DNA of 64,000 nt from the human T2T-CHM13v2.0 reference genome, Homo sapiens: NCBI RefSeq assembly GCF_009914755.1, contig NC_060929.1; one strand, given 5' to 3'. The position numbers were made by a program, and so were the translations under genes. This document shows, piece by piece, positions 1 to 12,508 of the stretch; the first letter of the stretch is position 1; each line of letters begins with the position of its first letter. Under the pieces are notes generated by a model, which saw nothing but the letters and a program-made list of their open reading frames with translations, did no database searches and was not told where the DNA came from.

Positions 1-75
1 GAGTTTTAATGGTTGGACCTAACTTTAGAGTTGGAAAAAAAATTGGATGTGGCAATTTTGGAGAATTACGATTAG
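1..75 (+). CDS. CSNK1G3: CSNK1G3 exon 2 (3' part, cut by window start): [24 protein letters not shown], kinase Gly-rich loop
   Basis: Frame starting at base 3 gives the CK1-gamma subdomain I sequence. Donor TAG|GTAAGA at 75/76, phase 1. Confidence 0.96.
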
Positions 76-1600
76 GTAAGACTATTTTGTTTATTCCATT
101 ATGTTAGAAACATTTTAAAAATTGGAAGATACTTTTTAATGAAAATGATTTAGTTATTTAATTGTTTAGTTGTTTAATGGTTGTGGTAATTTTAAAGAAT
201 AAAGATGTTGGAAATTTCTTTTGTAGTTGTATTTTCATGTGTAAGGAATTCCCTAGTATAGGAGTGTCTACTTTAGCCATCCAGAGATTGACTATCCAGA
301 TTATGAGAAAACAAACAATTAAATTAAAATAGCCCAGTAGGCTGAAATAGCTGCCAGTAAAGCCTTTGCAATGTTCTTTAGGAATGATATTTAGGCCACT
401 TTTTCAGATTCAAAAATGTTTAGTAATTGATAACTTTTGGGGCATAGGTATGGCTTAAAGTCAAGTTAATATACTGAAACTGCATACAATTAATGAAATT
501 TACATCATTGTAATTTAATTTTTTCCTTTTACCCTTCCTTCTGCCCCAAGTATGTTTGGGGTGGGGCTCAGGAGTCTATATTCTTAACAAGGGGCTCAGA
601 GTATTGATTCAGGTTATTATAATTAGGCAAGTTTGGGAAACACTGGTCTAATTAAGCTTCCTAACTCTATATTCAAGGCAATTGGAACTCAGTGAGGGAA
701 AATGAATTGTCAGATGTTCACAACAATTGAATAACAAGCTCAGGATCAAAATCTAGGTATTTTAACTTCCAGTACAGTAGTGATGTAGCTTTTCCATTGC
801 AAAAAACTAAGAAGGAGGGTGTTATGGTTATAATGGTTGTATAGAAGTCAGTATTCAGGTACCAGGAGGGCTCTGGTCAGTGGACCACCAAGAGTGAACT
901 TTAGATGTAAAAAGAAAATCTGACTTCTCAATTTATTTTAGATTCAATCCTGCTGCTAGAAATAAATCCAATTTTATGTTTATGTATTCAACTACTTCTT
1001 CTTTTCATCTTGTGAAGTACCCTAATTTGTAGTGACTCATTCATCTTACTAGTTTTGGAAAGTTGATACACATTAAATATTTGAATGAAGCAAGCCAATA
1101 AAAGGCAATGATATAGTTTATACATACTTGTTACATGATGTGACTGGCAGACTCAAATTTAGTAGGGACTCAAATATTTGAAAGGGTGAATGTTTTATGT
1201 TTTATTATTTGAAGGGTATTGAATTAGATACTATGAAATTCTTAAATTGTTTCAGACTTTGGAGTTAGAGAAAACATTATTTACGTGTTTATAATCTGTT
1301 ATTATTGTGTATAATTCTCACCAACATCCATCCAGTACTTATTACATATTTATCATGTACCAGGCATGATTAGACATTGATAATATGCTGGTAAAATATA
1401 AAAATAGTGCCTTATGGAACAGATAAGTCATTTAACCACTCAGGGCTTCACGTTTTTCTTTATATCAGGATTATTACCACTTCCTAGGTTATTGTGAGGA
1501 TTAAATTTAGATGATACTGTAAAAAGACCAACACTATACTTGCATATACTTTGGCCATTTTTATTCAGAATCTGATTCATATAATTTATTTCAAAATAAC

Positions 1601-1711
1601 TACACACACACACAGATACATATGTATTTGTGTGAATACACACACATATATACACACACGGCACATGTATATAGGTATGTGTCTGTGTGTGTGTGTGTGT
1701 ATTCACACAAA
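1601..1711. repeat. Low-complexity (CA)n/(TA)n/(TG)n cluster with internal inverted repeats
   Basis: Directly visible dinucleotide runs. Explains ORFs 1440..1706 and 1551..1829. Confidence 0.9.
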
Positions 1712-2271
1712 GCTAGTTGACCATTTTAACAAGGGCAATACGAGAAATATGAGAAACTGTATGTACCATATACTGAAGCTATATATGTCATATACTGAAA
1801 AAGAGGTAAAGCACCCCTTTCTTTTGTAGTCTGTGAATAAGCAGGAATAGGAGTATCGTGGCTTCTTAGTACATCTGTCTGTCTATTCTATCTATCTAAT
1901 TTGTGTATGGGTCTTTGATGTGTGTATATATATATCTGTGTATGTTTATTTAAATTTATTTAAATGTATTATCTCTATATATCTGTGTTTTATGTATACT
2001 TATAATATGTACGCATAGAGCTAATTTAATCATTTATTCTTCCTTTTTCATAGACTTCTAAAAGGGTATTTTACTGCTTTTTCAAAAAGCCTCAGATGGT
2101 TTCTTTGTTAAGAAAATGTTATTATGAGCATTAATCTTTCTATACCTGGATAAACACTAATGTTAAAAGCTGGTTTATATTCTTAAAGTACTTTCTTTAA
2201 AACCTCATTAATAGATACATCTTGAACATTTGATTACTGGTACTGAAATTTTATATGGTTAGTATTGGCTA

Positions 2272-2712
<441 letters not shown>

Positions 2713-2845
2713 GGCCATGAGATGAAAAAAAATGGGTAAACATTTGAAATAATAATTTTAAATTATATTTATTTATTTGCTTTCAAATTTAAATACGTGT
2801 GTTTATCATTTTTATCTGGATTCTGTTTTTCGTTTAGAATGAACA

Positions 2846-2986
2846 GTCAGGTGTGGTGGGGCATGCCTGTAGTTCCAGTTACTGGAGTGGAGTGGCTGAG
2901 TTAGGAAGACAGGAGGATAGCTTGATTCTAAGAGGTTGAGTCTAGCCTGGACAATATAGTGAGATCCTGTCTGTAAAAAAAAAAAA
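2846..2986 (+). mobile_element. Alu monomer (FLAM/FAM-like)
   Basis: GCATGCCTGTAGTTCCAG...AGCCTGGACAATATAGTGAGATCCTGTCT followed by an A tail. Confidence 0.75.
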
Positions 2987-3014
2987 ATGATAATAAGGAA
3001 GGTGAATTGATGTG

Positions 3015-3370
3015 CAAATACTCCTTAAGATGGGTTTACATCCTGATAAGCCCATCTTAAGTTGAAATATCATAAGTTGAAAATGGGCATTTTATAGACA
3101 TAATGACATTGGAAACCCCAAAACACAATATCCAGAAAATGCTGGCAACACAGTACGCTGTACAATATTGGTTGTTTACTCTCATGATTGTGTGGCTGAC
3201 TGAGAGCGGCAGCTCACTGCACCTGCCCAGCATAGAGAGATAGTATCATACTTCATATTGCTAGTCCAGGAAAATTCAAAGTATGATTTCTATTGAATGC
3301 ATGTTGTTTTTGCATCATTATATAAAGTTGAAATATCTCAAATTGAACCATCATAGTTGAGAACTTCTGT
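3015..3370 (+). mobile_element. TcMar-Tigger non-autonomous element (MER47-like)
   Basis: Resembles the recalled MER47 start (GATGGG-TTACATCCTGATAAGCCCATC-TAAGTTGAAA) and its opposite end. Confidence 0.6.
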
Positions 3371-3539
3371 GTTTGTAGTTTTATTTTATGTGTTGGTAGT
3401 AAGGTTTGCATTCTGCCATTGGTAGATGTATTTCTAGTTTAGGCAGTCAAACTCCTAGGAATGTTTTTGACAGGCACTGAATAAGACCAAACATAGCTAG
3501 CTAAAATATAGGGTTGTATTATATATGTATTTTTATTTT

Positions 3540-4060
3540 TCTGTATATTATGATGTTTTGACATCTTAAAAAACCTTTCTGGCTGGGAAGAGATTACCCC
3601 TCCAGAGGTTAGCCAATTCTTAGAATTAGCCAAAAACTCAGCTGGGAGCATGCCTATGATATGTGCTCTAACCAATCCACACTCCTTTTCTATCTGGCCC
3701 ATACACCCAAGAGGCAATATTCCTCTACCTTATCTTCCCCAGGGCCAGGTACCTGGAAGCTAGAGACCCATTCTTATAGCCCAAAAGTCACTGGAATTAT
3801 TCAAACTAAGTAATCCTTTACCATTTACCTTGCCCTGCATTGCCTTTCGCTGGGAAACCCCAGTAAATGCTTTGGCCTAGGCACTCCGCTTGCTCTTGTT
3901 TTTCTGCCACCTAACCAAAACCTAGTGTTTCCCCTGTGACCCTGTGTGGCATGCGATGTGACTTCCTGTTTAGAATTTGTTAAGTATAGTAACCTTTGTT
4001 TTCATGAGGGACTTTCCTTTGTGCTCTGTGGCCACATCTGTCTATCATAAAAGAGCACAG
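3540..4060. mobile_element. Solo ERV LTR-like element (family uncertain)
   Basis: GC-richer block with CCAAT boxes and LTR-like composition. Family not confidently identified. Confidence 0.45.
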
Positions 4061-4379
4061 AAGAGAATATTATGTATTGTTTAATGAATAACCATACCTG
4101 AAATAAGATATTGTAACTTTTGACATAATTAAGTATGCCACAGGAGCTTCCATAACATCTCTTATTTTTGTTTTTTCTTTTCTTATTCCTACATAGCTAA
4201 TAACTCCTTATTTTATTGTTTATGTTTGATAGTTGCTTTGTTGAAAATTCTGCAGGCCTTATATGTATCAAATGAATATGTAGATTTGGATGGGTTCATC
4301 ATTTTCATGTTTATTGATTTTTCTGCTGTTTCTAACTGAAGCTATTATAAAACTTACCTGAAAAATGTAATAACTAAGG

Positions 4380-4790
4380 AATAGACTGTAAGACGGTAAC
4401 GAAAAATTCCAATATATAGTGGTTTCAAGCAAATGGTTTATTTTCATTTCACACGACACAGACCAGAGGGAGAAACCCGAAGGCTGTCAGGGTACCTCTG
4501 CATCCTTAATATGTGACTTCCGTCTCTGTGCACAAGGTAATTGCTTTAGCTGTTTCCATCTCCCAGCCAGGAAGAATAAAGAAAAAAAGGGGCAGGAGCA
4601 TATACATTCCTTTCTGGAAGTGAGGAGGAACATACTTAATGTCTACTGACATTCAGAACTTAAGTCACATGGCCACACTAAGCTGAAAGAGAGGCAGGCA
4701 ATGTAGTCTTTAGCTGGGCAGCCATTTTCAAGCTTGGGCATTCTGTAGGGGGAGAATGGCTATTGGTGGGTAAATAGTTGTTTCTGCTGT
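4380..4790. mobile_element. Old MaLR LTR (MLT1-type)
   Basis: CACATGGCCACACTAAGCTG...ATGTAGTCTTTAGCTGGGCAGCCA resembles old MLT1 LTRs. Confidence 0.5.
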
Positions 4791-6386
4791 AAACATATAT
4801 GTGTAGTTTTTGAAGAACATAGTTTTTGATAATTACCACCCCAAAGCCACAAAATTGGTAAAACTATATTTTCAAGTTTAATATGGCACAATGCTTTACT
4901 GGAAATGTCTTTTAAAATTGGATTAAAACATCACTTAACCGGCACCAGTTTACTTGGATTTTTCTTTTAATGGGATTCTCACTACATGCACATTCCCTCC
5001 CTTTCAATCACACCATACATAAACACATACTTTGTGCATCATTTGTTTGTTTATGTTTATAACAAATACTGATTAAAAGTGAGGCTGTGGCTATGCTAGG
5101 TGACAAAAATGCACTTGTGTTATTGTTTAATCTTTGTTCATAATTGTGACTTCAAGTTTCAGCAACATCTCTAGTATTCAAAAAAAGATGATCCTTTTAG
5201 GATTTAGTGCTTTCTGCTGTGACCTCAAAGGTATGAAAGCCAACAAAAATAGTACTTTTAGAGGCATTTGTTATATTTTGATTCTTTGAGATCTGTAGTT
5301 AACCTAACTTCTTGTCCTGTGAAATTTTTTCCTTGTGTACTTGTGAATAAACATCATATACAAAATAGTTATGAAAAGATGATAATATGTTTGGGAAATA
5401 AAAATTCTGTCTTGGAACTCAAAACCAGAATTGTCTTTTGTTAATGTTCTTTGACATCAAGTTCTTCATTGTGAATATCATTAAATTATTTACTGCCAAG
5501 TTTACTAGAGGAAACCTAACTTTTCATTCATAATGCATTTTTGAAAATGTATATGAAGGCACATCTAAACATTGAACTAATTGACTAAAAATATGAAATA
5601 TTCCGTAATTTTTAAAAATATGTATATAGGTTCAATGAGTATATGAATAGAGCTTAAAGTTGACCACTTTTGGAACTTCTGTTGAGTTCCATCCTTTTTG
5701 CCAACTGTATTGAGTTTATGACACCTATGTTACTTAGCGTTAATATGAATACTTCTTTTTTGCCCTTTATTTTCTCTCAATTTTGTACAATAAGGACAAA
5801 ATTCAGAAAAGTATTATAATATTTGTATAAATAAACACTACTGTACAAAGGTGGCAACACAACTGAAGCTGAAATTTTGCCTAGAAGTTTTGCTACTGTT
5901 CATCAGCTGCTGTATGGAAGGAGGTTCAGGCCATTATGCTGGAAAATCACATGTGTCATAGTTGTTGATTGCTTCTTCTGTGTTCAGTAGCCAATGTGAC
6001 CAGGGCCAGTTACTCTCACTATTAAAAAAAACCCCAAAAAACTATCATTGTTTTGTTTTCCTCACTATAAAAGTAATACATGCTAATTGAAAAAATACTG
6101 GAAATTCAGAAATCATATTGTACAGTTTTTTCATTCTTTTTAGTGTACTTATACATTAATCAAATTATCTTCATATACTTAGTGCTTCCAAAATTCTCTT
6201 TAGTACTCTACTTTGACTACAGATGCTGACCAATTGGAATTTTCTAGATTATTTTTGATTTGCAGTGCTAAAGATTACTGTAATTCACTTGAATTCTTTA
6301 CAAGTTAGTGATATTAAATCTCTAGTGATATTAGATATTTTAAATATTTTATGTAATCAAATCTGTATAAAACGTTATGATCCTAA

Positions 6387-6677
6387 TTTTTTTTTTTTGA
6401 TGGAGTCTCACTCTGTTGCCCAGGCTGGAGTGGAGTGGTGTGATCTCGGCTCACTGCAACCTCTGCCTCCTGGGTTCAAGCGAATTCTCCTGCCTCAGCC
6501 TCCTGAGTAGCTGGGATTACAGGCGTGCGCCACCATGCCTGTCTAATTTTTGTATTTTTAGTAGAGACAGGATTTCACCATGCTGGTCAGTCTGGTCTTG
6601 AACTCCTGACTTCATGATCCACCTGCCTCAGCCTCCCAAAGTGTTGGGATTACAGGCATGAGCCACCACGCCCGGCC
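6387..6677 (-). mobile_element. Alu (AluS), full length
   Basis: Poly-T followed by reverse-complement Alu ending GCCCGGCC. Source of ORFs 6265..6510 and 6416..6601. Confidence 0.95.
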
Positions 6678-7340
6678 ATGATCTTCTTCTGCTCAGAATA
6701 TCCTTAATATGTGGATGTGATAAATATTCTTTCTTGTTTTTAGCTTATATTTAACTCAAGATATTTGGAATTAATTTTGTTGTAAGGTGAGGCACCAGTA
6801 ACTATTTTTCTCCTCAAAGTGGTTAGTTTATCACAGCCAATTATTGAATGTTTTTAAATATTATTTCAGATATTTTATGTTTATTTAATATACTTACTGG
6901 ATTAAATATGAGCCCTAGTAAGATTACATCTCATAATAATGATGAATTTAAAATGAAATGATAGTTGGAAGAGGAATTTGGTATTCTTATTCTTATATAG
7001 GAGTTCTCGTTTTGAAATTTTTTGACCATGCATTTGACTATTGATTACTTTTAAATTGTATACAATATTCCAAGAAAGTCAGAATCTTTCCATTTTTATA
7101 AGTGGGCTACTAGTATCTGTAGTGTCTGTATCACTTTCTACTCTGAATCTAGGTGAAATACTAAATACATCGAGTTGATAATAAGTTTGAATATTTCCTT
7201 GTTAAGTTTTTTTGCCAAATAGAAGCAAAAACCTATGCTTTAGTTAAATGTATTATGTGCTTTTTTTCAGAGTACAGTTTTATATAATGTATCTTTAAAA
7301 TCAATTACTGGCAGAATCTGATTTTTTTTTCTTTTTCAAG

Positions 7341-7381
7341 GGAAAAATTTATACACAAATGAATATGTGGCAATTAAGTTG
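7341..7381 (+). CDS. CSNK1G3: CSNK1G3 exon 3 (41 nt): (G)KNLYTNEYVAIKL, ATP-binding lysine
   Basis: Polypyrimidine tract plus AG acceptor ending 7340, donor TTG|GTAAGT. In frame with the previous exon and contains the VAIK motif. Confidence 0.96.
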
Positions 7382-8052
7382 GTAAGTTCCTGTTTCTTAA
7401 TTTTTCTTAATGATTTCTTTGTTACTTTTTAAGTAACTTATATATTTTAATTATTTTTTGTTTTCATGTCATTTATAATTTGGATGTTTATTTGACAGTT
7501 ATATGCATAGCTAATCTTTGTTGCTAAGCTCCTAACATCATCCTGCTCTTAAAGTATATGGTAATGTGTAGGACATTCATGTTTGTCTGTGCCACAAAAA
7601 CTCAATCCCTTTACTTTGGCAGCATTGTAGAACTGGATCTTGGCCCTATTTTTAATTTAGGGAAGGATTTTTAATTAGATAAAAATTAACAAGATTTTGC
7701 CTTCTGATTCAAACATTTTGGTAAAACAAAAGTGTTCTTAGTATTCAGGATTATATTCTTTGAAAACATACTTCCAGGTAGCTTCTGAAATTTCTTTTTA
7801 AATTGTTACTTCATATATATGGCAAAGCTGGCTATTGCTTGACTTTGAGGGATGCAGAAATGCTTGATGTGGTAGGTGATAGATAACAGGGAAAGCAAAC
7901 TCCCGTGGAATTATTCTGAAGTTTTCAATGTGCCCAGTATGACAGCTGCAGAGCAGAGCGATCTCTTTGGAAAAATTGGGATCTAGGAATTATTTTTGTA
8001 AGACATACTTTTCCTGGTACAACTTTTCTGTCTGGTTTGCAGCCAGGTTTCC

Positions 8053-8182
8053 CTGTTTCATTCATTAAGTGGTGATCCTTAGGTCCTATTGTTTATAGAT
8101 TTGGAACTTTTTCATACCATTGATGCCTTACTAAACATTTATCATGTCATCTTTCAGCCTTCTTATATACATACACATATAT
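8053..8182 (+). repeat. 130-bp local duplication, copy 1
   Basis: Matches 9143-9272 with 5 mismatches and no gaps. Confidence 0.95.
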
Positions 8183-8796
8183 GTATGTGTATGAGGTTTA
8201 GCATGGCTTGGTTTTCTCTGCCTTTTTCAACCTTGTCTCTGTCAATATAACCTCTGTTATTAGGGTAATATGAAATGAATATATAAAAGAGAGACTATTA
8301 GGAGAAGAGGCAAATGGGAGGAAATAGAAAAACTCCACTATTTAATTTTAAGTATCTTTTGAATATAGACCAAGTTTTAGTGTAACAAATGTTTATTTTC
8401 ACTTGAAATAAAGATGTGGAGTAGGGTTGCAGTGCCATGAAGAGAGATTGGTTGGCTGACATGTGGCTTTAGACTGGATTTTACCTAGATGAGTCCGTCT
8501 TGGTATTAAGATCTGGTCCTTGGCTTATGAAACAAAACGTGATTAGGTTATCTCACCAGTTGTCAGCGTTTCTTAGAGGTGGATTCACAGTAATCAGTTC
8601 ACACTATCAAGCTCTCAGATTCAGGAAAGAGTGAATTTCTAACTAATAATGAGGTATTTTACAGGTCTAGAAAGCCCAAGTTTCTTTCTATGGGCCGATG
8701 TACATAGAAAGCCAAGTTAAAATTTCAAGGTCCCCTCATGAGCATGAAATCAGAAAGAGGTTGGTGAATATTAATCACAGCGGGGAGGCCTACTGT

Positions 8797-8860
8797 GGGA
8801 TCCGCCTGCCTCGGCCTCCCAAAGTGCTGGGATTACAGGCGTGAGCCACTGTGCCCAGCC
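8797..8860 (-). mobile_element. Alu fragment (first ~65 nt of left arm only)
   Basis: GATCCGCCTGCCTCGGCCTCCCAAAGTGCTGGGATTACAGGCGTGAGCCACTGTGCCCAGCC, with no right arm or tail. Confidence 0.9.
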
Positions 8861-9142
8861 TGGACGTTGTTTGAACAGGCATTGCTGACTTTCATTTCTT
8901 TGAAATTCTTCCTTTTCTCATGTTGTAGGCCAGTGGTCCTGAACCTACAACAATCTTTGTGGTGTGCAAGGATAAAAGTGTGGCAGTGTTTACAGTCTGT
9001 GCTATTGATACAACAGCCTGTAGTGGGCAGCTCTACTCATGGGAGCATGCTTTGTATGTGAATGATAGTTATCTGATATATTAAGGCAGATAAACCATCG
9101 TGTCAAAGCAGAAACCCCTGCTCTAGGCTGAGCTTTCCTTGT

Positions 9143-9272
9143 CTGTTTCATTCATTAAGTGGTGATCCTTAGGTCCTGTTATTTATAGATTTGGAACTTG
9201 TTCATACCATTGATGCCTTACTAAACGTTTATTATGTCATCTTTCAGCCTTCTTATATACATACACATATAT
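9143..9272 (+). repeat. 130-bp local duplication, copy 2
   Basis: Matches 8053-8182, offset 1090 bp. Confidence 0.95.
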
Positions 9273-10169
9273 CACTTTTTTAAGTTTATTTTTGTGCTGT
9301 ATCTCTGTCCTCTTAACTAGTTTTCTCCCCTTTTTAGGGGGAAACATTCTTCCTCCTCTCTGTTTTGTCTTTCTTTAAAGCACAATGATCAGCATTACAT
9401 GTAATAATTATGGTTATACATTGTTCTTTGGGGGAACTAGGAATATTTTTGGATCTATGTCTCTAGTATTTTGAGGTTGTAGAGTGGTATCTAGTCACGT
9501 TCACCTCAAGTTCATCCAAAATATCGGAAGGACAGAAAACTTTTCACATACATTGTTGAATGATAGTTCATGATTTCCTTATATGTTTTTTCATTTGTGT
9601 CTGTTATATCTGTTTGTGCCAGATAACATGATTTTGTTTAGACCTGCCATAAAAGTAATCACTTGAACATCTTATGTCTGCATACCTCAGTGTTATCTGG
9701 CTTTTATACTTTGCTCGGTACAAATAAAGGCATTATTTGATAACCTGAGTTCAGAGAGCAGATTTCTGTGACTGCTTTCACTCCATTATCTCTTACAAAG
9801 ATTTTTTACATTTATCTAATATTACCCTAGTTCAGATCAACAGTTTGTTTCAGGATAATTTGTTAATATTACCTCAGCTACCATCCTTATATCTTGTTGT
9901 ACATGAATAATGAAAATGTCATCCTGGGGAAGGTGACTTTTATTATATAGTGTTAAAATTTTACTGCTTAAGTACTGGAATCTAGTTGAAATGACTCAAC
10001 TAAGTCAGATTTGGGTCAGTATTTTTATCCTAAGGGGGAGTAGTGATTGAATAAGTTATATATTTAATTTCATTTGTGATTGTGTACATGGACATCTTTT
10101 TATTGCATCTTAAGGTTATGTACTTCTAGGTAGTTAACTGAAGAATTATAGGTAATATAGTGCTATATG

Positions 10170-10370
10170 TATAGAAGGCACTGTTTTAAGTACTTTATAT
10201 ATAAGAAAGGTTAAGTTTTAACCCAATTTTACAGATGAGGGAACTGGAAAGTACAGAAAAGTTAAGTAACTTGCTGAAAGTCACACAGCTAGAAATAGAG
10301 GATTTAGGATTCAAACCTAGTACAATTTAGTTTCAGTGTCTGTGCTCTTAACTACTGTACTATCCTGCCT
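10170..10370 (-). mobile_element. MIR
   Basis: MIR core: TTTTACAGATGAGGGAACTG...AAGTTAAGTAACTTGCTGAAAGTCACACAGCTA. Confidence 0.7.
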
Positions 10371-10994
10371 CTCAAGAACTAAGCTGATTGTTTTCTCCTG
10401 TAATAAAACTTATAAGTTTTGCAGTGGGATTTTAATATTGCTTATGTGAATTCTTTTGTTGTTGGTCACAGTTTCATTATGATGTGTTGGTGTAAAATTC
10501 TTTTTAGTTATCCTGTTTGGGATTCACATTCCTCTTGAATTGGTGGGTTGTTAACCTCATCAATTCTGGAATATTCATAGCAATAATTTATCCAGTTATT
10601 GCATCTGCTCACTTTTCTGTCTCCTTTCCTCCTGATACTGTTATCAAATCCATACTAAATCTTCTCACTGGATTGTCCAGGTGTCTGATCCTTTTCTTCT
10701 GTTTTCCAGTTTTTCTTCCTTCATGATGCATTCTATATAGTTTTTCTGTCTGCCTTACAGTTTCCAAATTCTCTCTTCTGTTAATCTGCTGGCAAAATGA
10801 GTTTTAAATTTAGTTATTGTATTCTCTTATTTTTCAAAGTTCTATTGATTCTTTTTGAAATTTTCTATTACCTTGTTATACTTTTCTGTTGGTTCTTTTT
10901 AAAATTTCCTGTTACCCTGTTACAGTTTTCTACTTCTTGTATTTTCATATTTAATATTATTTCTAACGTCTAAAACCCATGTTTCCTCTGTACA

Positions 10995-10998
<4 letters not shown>

Positions 10999-11033
<35 letters not shown>

Positions 11034-11034
11034 T
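10999..11034. repeat. (TG)n microsatellite
   Basis: Directly visible TG run with one interruption. Confidence 0.95.
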
Positions 11035-11728
11035 ATATGAATCTCAAAAACATTTATGTCGAATGATAAAAGCTGGACACAACAGAAAGCATATACTGTA
11101 TAATATCATTTAGGTGAAATCCAGCAACAGGCAAAACTAATCCAAAGGTGATAGAAGTAAAAAAGGTATGATGGAAATGTTCTATAGATTGGTGTGGTGG
11201 TTATAGGGATATATGGAGTTAATATGTATTTAACGCTTATGAACTGTGTGTTTTATTGCATATAAGTTATACTTTAGTGAAAAAAAATTAAGACATTGTT
11301 GCTACTATCAAAATTTTCAAATTACCATCTTTGTTCTTACTATCCTATGACTTAACTTTAATCTAGAACCTTTATGTAAGAAATACACAGTTCAGAGGTG
11401 AATTTGGAGAACAGGAGAAATAGCATAAGAGCCATCATTTCTCTAGTGATGAATGTTCAGAACATATTTTTCTCAGGGTCAAAGAGTCAAACTTAAGGGA
11501 TTTTTCTCCTGCCTGATCTAATGGCTACTTAGTTTATGTACATTTGTAGTATCATTTTATTTTACATTGAACAGAAAGTTGATTTTTATATGAATCTAAT
11601 CTTAGACAAAGATGCCTGGTAGACTATTACATAATATAGGCATTGACACCAAAATTTATAACATTTGTGTTGGGACCTAGTGCTCTTTTAATAACTTAAA
11701 TGTCTTTTTTTGTTTGTTTTTCAATTAG

Positions 11729-11798
11729 GAGCCCATGAAATCAAGAGCACCACAGCTACATTTGGAATACAGATTCTATAAGCAGTTAGGATCTGGAG
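11729..11798 (+). CDS. CSNK1G3: CSNK1G3 exon 4 (70 nt): EPMKSRAPQLHLEYRFYKQLGSG
   Basis: T-rich tract plus TAG acceptor, donor GAG|GTAAAG. Encodes the alphaC helix typical of CK1-gamma. Confidence 0.96.
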
Positions 11799-12105
11799 GT
11801 AAAGTCTTATATTAATTTTTAAATTTGAAATAAAGTGGATTGTCATGACTTTTTAGTTTCAAGGAATGGTATTTTAAGTTTGGTTAAGGAAATCACTTTG
11901 CAAGGCTATGTTTACTATACGTTTTCTTACTATGGTCTTAGGATCCCTTTTTTATTTTATGACAAATTTGGAGCTTTTTATGTTTATGCTGATATGAGTA
12001 GAGAACATTGTGAAAAAATTTAATTTGCAAATATAAAATGCATACTTCTTCCATATTCTTAGTCTTTTTGGAGGCACTATTATAGCTGTTGAAGTGACTT
12101 ACAAT

Positions 12106-12508
12106 ATAGTGGTAGGCTGAAAAATGGCCACATAGAAGTTATCTGTATCATAATCCCTAGAACCTCTACATGTTACTGTATGACAAAGACTTTGCAAGTA
12201 TGATAAATTAAGGATTTTGAGATGGAGAGATTATTCTGGATTATCTGGTGGGGGCAGAGGGACATTTACACACACAGAAAAGGAGTAGGCATTGTGACTG
12301 TGGAGCAGAGTGGAGAGAACCTGGAAGAGGCTTCTAGTACTTTCGCCTAGAGTCTCTAGAGGGAGTGTGGCCTTGCGAAGACATTGATTCAGACCAATGA
12401 AACTGATTTCAGACTCTTACCTCCATAACTGTAAAAAAATAAATTTCTGTTGTTGTAAGCCACCAAATTTGTAGTAATTTGTTACAGCAGCCGTAGGCAA
12501 CTAATATG
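12106..12508 (+). mobile_element. MaLR LTR (MLT1C/D-like)
   Basis: GTGGTAGGCTGAAAAATGGCC start and AATAAATTTCTGTTGTTGTAAGCCACCAAATTTGTAGTAATTTGTTACAGCAGC end. Confidence 0.75.

Noticed and set aside
1440-1829. Overlapping 88-aa and 92-aa ORFs
   Set aside because: They are low-complexity translations of CA/TG repeats (HTHT, CVCV).
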